From assembly GCF_964204645.1 (NCBI RefSeq), contig NC_134031.1, forward strand, positions 21,262,910 through 21,326,909: a stretch of 64,000 nt of DNA. Direction: 5' to 3'. The position numbers and the translations under genes were made by a program. A model generated the notes under the pieces. The model saw only the letters and a list, made by a program, of their open reading frames with translations, had not been told where the DNA came from and did no database searches. The stretch's first letter is position 1. Every line of letters starts with the position of its first letter. Below, one piece after another: positions 54,701 to 64,000 of the stretch. Origin of the DNA: Tubulanus polymorphus. Lineage: Eukaryota; Animalia; Nemertea.

Positions 54701-57700
54701 GCAAAATAGGGTCCTAAAGATGATGAATTCTATCTTAATTGATGGGTTAGGGTGTACTGAACTGATTTCAAATAGATAGGTTGAAAGAATCAGAATTTTC
54801 TGGCTGCTTTTGGTTCTGAAGATTATGGATTCAATCTGAAAAGATGTGTTAAGGCGTATTGAACTGATTTCAAATAGATAGGTGGAAAGATTAAGAATTT
54901 TCTGGCTATTTATGCTCCTGAAGATGATGGACTCGATCTGAAATGATAGGTTAAGGTAGACTGAACTGATTTCGAGTAGATGGACTGAAAGATACAGATT
55001 TTTCTTGCAAAATAGGGTCCTAAAGATGATGAGTTCTATCTTAATTGATGGGTTAGGGTGTACTGAACTGATTTCAAATAGATAGGTGGAAAGAATCAGA
55101 ATTTTCTGGCTGCCTTTGGTTCTGAAGATGATGGACTCAATCTGAAAAGATGGGCTAAGGCGTATTGAACTGATTTCAAATAGATAGGTGGAAAGATTAA
55201 GAATTTTCTGGCTATTTATGCTCCTGAAGATGATGGACTCGATCTGAAATGATAGGTTAAGGTAGACTGAACTGATTTCGAGTAGATGGACTGAAAGATA
55301 CAGATTTTTCTTGCAAAAAAGGGTCCTAAAGATGATGAGTTCTATCTTAATTGATGGGTTAGGGTGTACTGAACTGATTTCAAATAGATAGGTGGAAAGA
55401 TTAAGAATTTTCTGGCTATTTATGCTCCTGAAGATGATGGACTCGATCTGAAATGATAGGTTAAGGTAAACTGAACTGATTTCGAGTAGATGGACTGAAA
55501 GATACAGATTTTTCTTGCAAAATAGGGTCCTAAAGATGATGAATTCTATCTTAATTGATGGGTTAGGGTGTACTGAACTGATTTCAAATAGATAGGTTGA
55601 AAGAATCAGAATTTTATGGCTGCTTTTGGTTCTGAAGATGATGGATTCAATCTGAAAAGATGTGTTAAGGCGTATTGAACTGATTTCAAATAGATAGGTG
55701 GAAAGATTAAGAATTTTCTGGCTATTTATGCTCCTGAAGATGATGGACTCGATCTGAAATGATAGGTTAAGGTAGACTGAACTGATTTCGAGTAGATGGA
55801 CTGAAAGATACAGATTTTTCTTGCAAAATAGGGTCCTAAAGATGATGAGTTCTATCTTAATCGATGGGTTAGGGTGTACTGAACTGATTTCAAATAGATA
55901 GGTGGAAAGAATCAGAATTTTCTGGCTGCCTTTGGTTCTGAAGATGATGGACTCAATCTGAAAAGATGGGCTAAGGCGTACTGAACTGATTTCAAATAGA
56001 TAGGTGGAAAGATTAAGAATTTTCTGGCTATTTATGCTCCTGAAGATGATGGACTCGATCTGAAATGATAGGTTAAGGTAGACTGAACTGATTTCGAGTA
56101 GATGGACTGAAAGATACAGATTTTTCTTGCAAAAAAGGGTCCTAAAGATGATGAGTTCTATCTTAATTGATGGGTTAGGGTGTACTGAACTGATTTCAAA
56201 TAGATAGGTGGAAAGATTAAGAATTTTCTGGCTATTTATGCTCCTGAAGATAATGGACTCGATCTGAAATGATAGGTTAAGGTAAACTGAACTGATTTCG
56301 AGTAGATGGACTGAAAGATACAGATTTTTCTTGCAAAATAGGGTCCTAAAGATGATGAATTCTATCTTAATTGATGGGTTAGGGTGTACTGAACTGATTT
56401 CAAATAGATAGGTTGAAAGAATCAGAATTTTATGGCTGCTTTTGGTTCTGAAGATGATGGATTCAATCTGAAAAGATGTGTTAAGGCGTATTGAACTGAT
56501 TTCAAATAGATAGGTGGAAAGATTAAGAATTTTCTGGCTATTTATGCTCCTGAAGATGATGGACTCGATCTGAAATGATAGGTTAAGGTAGACTGAACTG
56601 ATTTCGAGTAGATGGACTGAAAGATACAGATTTTTCTTGCAAAATAGGGTCCTAAAGATGATGAGTTCTATCTTAATTGATGGGTTAGGGTGTACTGAAC
56701 TGATTTCAAATAGATAGGTTGAAAGAATCAGAATTTTCTGGCTGCTTTTGGTTCTGAAGATGATGGACTCAATCTGAAAAGATGGGTTAAGGCGTATTGA
56801 ACTGATGTCAAATAGATAGGTGGAAAGATTAAGAATTTTCTGGCTATTTATGCTCCTGAAGATGATGGACTCGATCTGAAATGATAGGTTAAGGTAGACT
56901 GAACTGATTTCGAGTAGATGGACTGAAAGATACAGATTTTTCTTGCAAAATAGGGACCTAAAGATGATGAATTCTATCTTAATTGATGGGTTAGGGTGAA
57001 CTGAACTGATTTCAAATAGATAGGTTGAAAGAATCAGAATTTTCTTGCTGCCTTAGGTTCTGAAGATGATGGACTCAATCTGAAAAGATGGGTTAAGGCG
57101 TATTGAACTGATTTCAAATAGATAGGTGGAAAGATTAAGAATTTTCTGGCTATCTATGCTCCTGAAGATGATGGACTCGATCTGAAATGATAGGTTAAGG
57201 TAAACTGAACTGATTTCGAGTAGATGGACTGAAAGATACAGATTTTTCTTGCAAAATAGGGTCCTAAAGATGATGAATTCTATCATAATTGATGGGTTAG
57301 GGTGTACTGAACTGATTTCAAATAGATAGGTTGAAAGATTAAGAACTTTCTGGCTGCTTTTGGTTCTGAAGATGATGGATTCAATCTGAAAAGATGGGTT
57401 AAGGCGTATTGAACTGATTTCAAATGGATAGGTGGAAAGATTAAGAATTTTCTGGCTATTTATGCTCCTGAAGATGATGGACTCGATCTGAAATGATAGG
57501 TTAAGGTAAACTGAACTGATTTCGAGTAGATGGACTGAAAGATACAGATTTTTCTTACAAAATAGGGTCCTAAAGATGATGAATTCTATCTTAATTGATG
57601 GGTTAGGGTGAACTGAACTGATTTCAAATAGATAGGTGGAAAGAATCAGAATTTTCTGGCTGCCTTTGGTTCTGAAGATGATGGACTCAATCTGAAAAGA

Positions 57701-60700
57701 TGGGCAAAGGCGTATTGAACTGATTTAAAATAGATAGGTGGAACGATTAAGAATTTTCTGGCTATTTATGCTCCTGAAGATGATGGACTCGATCTGAAAT
57801 GATAGGTTAAGGTAGACTGAACTGATTTCGAGTAGATGCACTGAAAGATACAGATTTTTCTTGCAAAAAAGGGTCCTAAAGATGATGAGTTCTATCTTAA
57901 TTGATGGGTTAGGGTGTACTGAACTGATTTCAAATAGATAGGTGGAAAGATTAAGAATTTTCGGGCTATTTATGCTCCTGAAGATGATGGACTCGATCTG
58001 AAATGATAGGTTAAGGTAAACTGAACTGATTTCGAATAGATGGACTGAAAGATACAGATTTTTCTTGCAAAATAGGGTCCTAAAGATGATGAATTCTATC
58101 TTAATTGATGGGTTAGGGTGTACTGAACTGATTTCAAATAGATAGGTGGAAAGAATCAGAATTTTCTTGCTGCTTTTGGTTCTAAAGATGATGGATTCAA
58201 TCTGAAAAGATGTGTTAAGGCGTATTGAACTGATTTCAAATAGATAGGTGGAAAGATTAAGAATTTTCTGGCTATTTATGCTCCTGAAGATGATGGACTC
58301 GATCTGAAATGATAGATTAAGGTAAACTGAACTGATTTCGAGCAGATGGACTGAAAGATACAGATTTTTCTTGCAAAATAGGGTCCTAAAGATGATGAGT
58401 TCTATCTTAATTGATGGGTTAGGGTGTACTGAACTGATTTCAAATAGATAGGTTGAAAGAATCAGAATTTTCTGGCTGCTTTTGGTTCTGAAGATGATGG
58501 ATTCAATCTGAAAAGATGTGTTAAGGCGTATTGAACTGATTTCAAATAGATAGGTGGAAAGATTAAGAATTTTCAGGCTATTTATGCTCCTGAAGATGAT
58601 GGACTCGATCTGAAATGATAGGTTAAGGTAGACTGAACTGATTTCGAGTAGATGGACTGAAAGATACAGATTTTTCTTGCAAAATAGGGTCCTAAAGATG
58701 ATGAGTTCTATCTTAATTGATGGGTTAGGGTGTACTGAACTGATTTCAAATAGATAGGTGGAAAGAATCAGAATTTTCTGGCTGCCTTTGGTTCTGAAGA
58801 TGATGGACTCAATCTGAAAAGATGGGCTAAGGCGTATTGAACTGATTTCAAATAGATAGGTGGAAAGATTAAGAATTTTCTGGCTATTTATGCTCCTGAA
58901 GATGATGGACTCGATCTGAAATGATAGGTTAAGGTAGACTGAACTGATTTCGAGTAGATGGACTGAAAGATACAGATTTTTCTTGCAAAAAAGGGTCCTA
59001 AAGATGATGAGTTCTATCTTAATTGATGGGTTAGGGTGTACTGAATTGATTTCAAATAGATAGGTGGAAAGATTAAGAATTTTCTGGCTATTTATGCTCC
59101 TGAAGATGATGGACTCGATCTGAAATGATAGGTTAAGGTAAACTGAACTGATTTCGAGTAGATGGACTGAAAGATACAGATTTTTCTTGCAAAATAGGGT
59201 CCTAAAGATGATGAATTCTATCTTAATTGATGGGTTAGGGTGTACTGAACTGATTTCAAATAGATAGGTTGAAAGAATCAGAATTTTCTGGCTGCTTTTG
59301 GTTCTGAAGATGATGGATTCAATCTGAAAAGATGTGTTAAGGCGTATTGAACTGATTTCAAATAGATAGGTGGAAAGATTAAGAATTTTCTGGCTATTTA
59401 TGCTCCTGAAGATGATGGACTCGATCTGAAATGATAGGTTAAGGTAGACTGAACTGGTTTCGAGTAGATGGACTGAAAGATACAGATTTTTCTTGCAAAA
59501 TAGGGTCCTAAAGATGATGAATTCTATCTTAATTGATGGGTTAGGGTGAACTGAACTGATTTCAAATAGATAGGTGGAAAGAATCAGAATTTTCTGGCTG
59601 CCTTTGGTTCTAAAGATGATGGACTCAATCTGAAAAGATGGGCTAAGGCGTATTGAACTGATTTCAAAGAGATAGGTTGAAAGATTAAGAATTTTCTGGC
59701 TATTTATGCTCCTGAAGATGATGGACTCGATCTGAAATGATAGGTTAAGGTAAACTGAACTGATTTCGAGCAGATGGACTGAAAGATACAGATTTTTCTT
59801 GCAAAATAGGGTCCTAAAGATGATGAGTTCTATCTTAATTGATGGGTTAGGGTGTACTGAACTGATTTCAAATAGATAGGTTGAAAGAATCAGAATTTTC
59901 TTGCTGCCTTAGGTTCTGAAGATGATGGACTCAATCTGAAAAGATGGGTTAAGGCGTATTGAACTGATTTCAAATAGATAGGTGGAAAGATTAAGAATTT
60001 TCTGGCTATTTATGCTCCTGAAGATGATGGACTCGATCTGAAATGATAGGTTAAGGTAAACTGAACTGATTTCGAGTAGATGGACTGAAAGATACAGATT
60101 TTTCTTGCAAAATAGGGTCCTAAAGATGATGAATTCTATCATAATTGATGGGTTAGGGTGTACTGAACTGATTTCAAATAGATAGGTTGAAAGATTAAGA
60201 ACTTTCTGGCTGCTTTTGGTTCTGAAGATGATGGATTCAATCTGAAAAGATGGGTTAAGGCGTATTGAACTGATTTCAAATGGATAGGTGGAAAGATTAA
60301 GAATTTTCTGGCTATTTATGCTCCTGAAGATGATGGACTCGATCTGAAATGATAGGTTAAGGTAAACTGAACTGATTTCGAGTAGATGGACTGAAAGATA
60401 CAGATTTTTCTTGCAAAATAGGGTTCTAAAGATGATAAATTCTATCTTAATTGATGGGTTAGGGTGAACTGAACTGATTTCAAATAGATAGGTGGAAAGA
60501 ATCAGAATTTTCTGGCTGCCTTTGGTTCTGACGATGATGGACTCAATCTGAAAAGATGGGCAAAGGCGTATTGAACTGATTTCAAATAGATAGGTGGAAA
60601 GATTAAGAATTTTCTGGCTATTTATGCTCCTGAAGATGATGGACTCGATCTGAAATGATAGGTTAAGGTAGACTGAACTGATTTCGAGTAGATGGACTGA

Positions 60701-61029
60701 AAGATACAGATTTTTCTTGCAAAAAAGGGTCCTAAAGATGATGAGTTCTATCTTAATTGATGGGTTAGGGTGTACTGAACTGATTTCAAATAGATAGGTG
60801 GAAAGATTAAGAATTTTCGGGCTATTTATGCTCCTGAAGATGATGGACTCGATCTGAAATGATAGGGTAAGGTAAACTGAACTGATTTCGAATAGATGGA
60901 CTGAAAGATACAGATTTTTCTTGCAAAATAGGGTCCTAAAGATGATGAATTCTATCTTAATTGATGGGTTAGGGTGTACTGAACTGATTTCAAATAGATA
61001 GGTTGAAAGAATCAGAATTTTCTGGCTGC
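45737..61029. repeat. 7644-bp (75 monomers - 6 bp) tandem duplication
   Basis: A 6-bp deletion (TCTATTGATG) at 46581 and 54225, marker ORFs at 45743/53387 and 49409/57053, and CTGACGATG at 52887/60531 are all 7644 apart. Confidence 0.93.
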
Positions 61030-64000
61030 TTTTGGTTCTGAAGATGATGGATTCAATCTGAAAAGATGTGTTAAGGCGTATTGAACTGATTTCAAATAGA
61101 TAGGTGGAAAGATTAAGAATTTTCTGGCTATTTATGCTCCTGAAGATGATGGACTCGATCTGAAATGATAGGTTAAGGTAGACTGAACTGATTTCGAGTA
61201 GATGGACTGAAAGATACAGATTTTTCTTGCAAAATAGGGTCCTAAAGATGATGAGTTCTATCTTAATTGATGGGTTAGGGTGTACTGAACTGATTTCAAA
61301 TAGATAGGTGGAAAGAATCAGAATTTTCTGGCTGCCTTTGGTTCTGAAGATGATGGACTCAATCTGAAAAGATGGGCTAAGGCGTATTGAACTGATTTCA
61401 AATAGATAGGTGGAAAGATTAAGAATTTTCTGGCTATTTATGCTCCTGAAGATGATGGACTCGATCTGAAATGATAGGTTAAGGTAGACTGAACTGATTT
61501 CGAGTAGATGGACTGAAAGATACAGATTTTTCTTGCAAAAAAGGGTCCTAAAGATGATGAGTTCTATCTTAATTGATGGGTTAGGGTGTACTGAACTGAT
61601 TTCAAATAGATAGGTGGAAAGATTAAGAATTTTCTGGCTATTTATGCTCCTGAAGATAATGGACTCGATCTGAAATGATAGGTTAAGGTAAACTGAACTG
61701 ATTTCGAGTAGATGGACTGAAAGATACAGATTTTTCTTGCAAAATAGGGTCCTAAAGATGATGAATTCTATCTTAATTGATGGGTTAGGGTGTACTGAAC
61801 TGATTTCAAATAGATAGGTTGAAAGAATCAGAATTTTATGGCTGCTTTTGGTTCTGAAGATGATGGATTCAATCTGAAAAGATGTGTTAAGGCGTATTGA
61901 ACTGATTTCAAATAGATAGGTGGAAAGATTAAGAATTTTCTGGCTATTTATGCTCCTGAAGATGATGGACTCGATCTGAAATGATAGGTTAAGGTAGACT
62001 GAACTGATTTCGAGTAGATGGACTGAAAGATACAGATTTTTCTTGCAAAATAGGGTCCTAAAGATGATGAGTTCTATCTTAATTGATGGGTTAGGGTGTA
62101 CTGAACTGATTTCAAATAGATAGGTTGAAAGAATCAGAATTTTCTGGCTATTTATGCTCCTGAAGATGATGGACTCGATCTGAAATGATAGGTTAAGGTA
62201 GACTGAACTGATTTCGAGTAGATGGACTGAAAGATACAGATTTTTCTTGCAAAATAGGGTCCTAAAGATGATGAATTCTATCATAATTGATGGGTTAGGG
62301 TGTACTGAACTGATTTCAAATAGATAGGTTGAAAGATTAAGAACTTTCTGGCTGCTTTTGGTTCTGAAGATGATGGATTCAATCTGAAAAGATGGGTTAA
62401 GGCGTATTGAACTGATTTCAAATGGATAGGTGGAAAGATTAAGAATTTTCTGGCTATTTATGCTCCTGAAGATGATGGACTCGATCTGAAATGATAGGTT
62501 AAGGTAAACTGAACTGATTTCGAGTAGATGGACTGAAAGATACAGATTTTTCTTGCAAAATAGGGTCCTAAAGATGATGAATTCTATCTTAATTGATGGG
62601 TTAGGGTGAACTGAACTGATTTCAAATAGATAGGTGGAAAGAATCAGAATTTTCTGGCTGCCTTTGGTTCTGACGATGATGGACTCAATCTGAAAAGATG
62701 GGCAAAGGCGTATTGAACTGATTTCAAATAGATAGGTGGAAAGATTAAGAATTTTCTGGCTATTTATGCTCCTGAAGATGATGGACTCGATCTGAAATGA
62801 TAGGTTAAGGTAGACTGAACTGATTTCGAGTAGATGGACTGAAAGATACAGATTTTTCTTGCAAAAAAGGGTCCTAAAGATGATGAGTTCTATCTTAATT
62901 GATGGGTTAGGGTGTACTGAACTGATTTCAAATAGATAGGTGGAAAGATTAAGAATTTTCGGGCTATTTATGCTCCTGAAGATGATGGACTCGATCTGAA
63001 ATGATAGGGTAAGGTAAACTGAACTGATTTCGAATAGATGGACTGAAAGATACAGATTTTTCTTGCAAAATAGGGTCCTAAAGATGATGAATTCTATCTT
63101 AATTGATGGGTTAGGGTGTACTGAACTGATTTCAAATAGATAGGTTGAAAGAATCAGAATTTTCTGGCTGCTTTTGGTTCTGAAGATGATGGATTCAATC
63201 TGAAAAGATGTGTTAAGGCGTATTGAACTGATTTCAAATAGATAGGTGGAAAGATTAAGAATTTTCTGGCTATTTATGCTCCTGAAGATGATGGACTCGA
63301 TCTGAAATGATAGGTTAAGGTAGACTGAACTGATTTCGAGTAGATGGACTGAAAGATACAGATTTTTCTTGCAAAATAGGGTCCTAAAGATGATGAGTTC
63401 TATCTTAATTGATGGGTTAGGGTGTACTGAACTGATTTCAAATAGATAGGTGGAAAGAATCAGAATTTTCTGGCTGCCTTTGGTTCTGAAGATGATGGAC
63501 TCAATCTGAAAAGATGGGCTAAGGCGTATTGAACTGATTTCAAATAGATAGGTGGAAAGATTAAGAATTTTCTGGCTATTTATGCTCCTGAAGATGATGG
63601 ACTCGATCTGAAATGATAGGTTAAGGTAGACTGAACTGATTTCGAGTAGATGGACTGAAAGATACAGATTTTTCTTGCAAAAAAGGGTCCTAAAGATGAT
63701 GAGTTCTATCTTAATTGATGGGTTAGGGTGTACTGAACTGATTTCAAATAGATAGGTGGAAAGATTAAGAATTTTCTGGCTATTTATGCTCCTGAAGATA
63801 ATGGACTCGATCTGAAATGATAGGTTAAGGTAAACTGAACTGATTTCGAGTAGATGGACTGAAAGATACAGATTTTTCTTGCAAAATAGGGTCCTAAAGA
63901 TGATGAATTCTATCTTAATTGATGGGTTAGGGTGTACTGAACTGATTTCAAATAGATAGGTTGAAAGAATCAGAATTTTATGGCTGCTTTTGGTTCTGAA
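60030..64000. repeat. 2142-bp (21-monomer) duplication; second copy runs to the window end
   Basis: CTGACGATG at 60531 and 62673, GATAGGGTAA at ~60861 and ~63003, and GAAGATAAT at ~61652 and ~63794. Confidence 0.85.

Larger units (their letters stand above)
5432..64000. repeat. Satellite DNA array of 102-bp monomers (types A, B, C) in 306-bp ABC and 204-bp BC units; runs off the right end
   Basis: A=AATCAGAATTTTCTGGCTGCYTTTGGTTCTGAAGATGATGGAYTCAATCTGAAAAGATGKGYTAAGGCGTATTGAACTGATTTCAAATAGATAGGTGGAAAG; B=ATTAAGAATTTTCTGGCTATTTATGCTCCTGAAGATGATGGACTCGATCTGAAATGATAGGTTAAGGTARACTGAACTGATTTCGAGTAGATGGACTGAAAG; C=ATACAGATTTTTCTTGCAAAATAGGGTCCTAAAGATGATGARTTCTATCTTAATTGATGGGTTAGGGTGWACTGAACTGATTTCAAATAGATAGGTKGAAAG. 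They align without gaps, with about 21-24 differences per pair. All copies are head to tail in one orientation, and I saw no insertions of foreign sequence. Confidence 0.99.

Noticed and set aside
7672-62284. Long - strand ORFs (211-791 aa) with a 34-aa I/S/L/F-rich repeat as protein-coding genes, e.g. TPR-like
   Set aside because: They are translations of the satellite. Starts and stops come from sporadic variants, and stop-creating variants (CCTTAGG, TCTAAATT) and a +4 frameshift are amplified freely. There is no wobble-position bias and no TPR or ankyrin consensus residues. The G-poor - strand makes TAG and TGA rare.
5432-64000. CRISPR array
   Set aside because: There are no unique spacers, the whole 102-bp unit is repeated, no cas genes are present and the context is eukaryotic.
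5432-64000. Telomeric array (TTAGGG in monomer C)
   Set aside because: Only one TTAGGG occurs per C monomer and never in tandem. A and B have TTAAGG at that position, so a chance variant is sufficient.
5432-64000. CENP-B box in monomer B (TTCGAGTAGATGGAC)
   Set aside because: It matches only the TTCG part of TTCGNNNNANNCGGG and lacks the conserved A and the CGGG.
5432-64000. Coding on the + strand under an alternative genetic code
   Set aside because: Both TGA and TAG would need reassignment, and they align inconsistently with AGA, GGA, TGG, TAT and TTT in other monomers.

Overview
Eukaryotic, probably invertebrate animal, genomic DNA (GTAAGT donors, TTTCAG acceptors, CCAAT promoter; no prokaryotic features). 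The first ~5.4 kb is mostly unique sequence. It holds a CpG-enriched CCAAT promoter (~1.7-1.85 kb), candidate + strand exons (ending ~2063; 3886-3971; 5236-5322), candidate exons of a divergent - strand transcript, a 37-bp minisatellite and a ~690-bp element bounded by a perfect 19-bp inverted repeat. From 5432 to the window end (~58.6 kb, ~574 monomers) is one uninterrupted tandem satellite of 102-bp monomers. There are three monomer types (A, B, C; ~76-79% identical by manual count), arranged as ABC (306 bp) and BC (204 bp) units, with nested duplications of 1.3, 2.0, 2.1, 2.9, 4.6 and 7.6 kb and spatially layered variants. The array starts 110 bp after a phase-1 splice donor that ends a signal-peptide-like exon, so it may fill a giant intron of a secreted or membrane protein gene. 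The long - strand ORFs are judged to be by-products of the satellite, not genes. All alignments and counts were done by eye.
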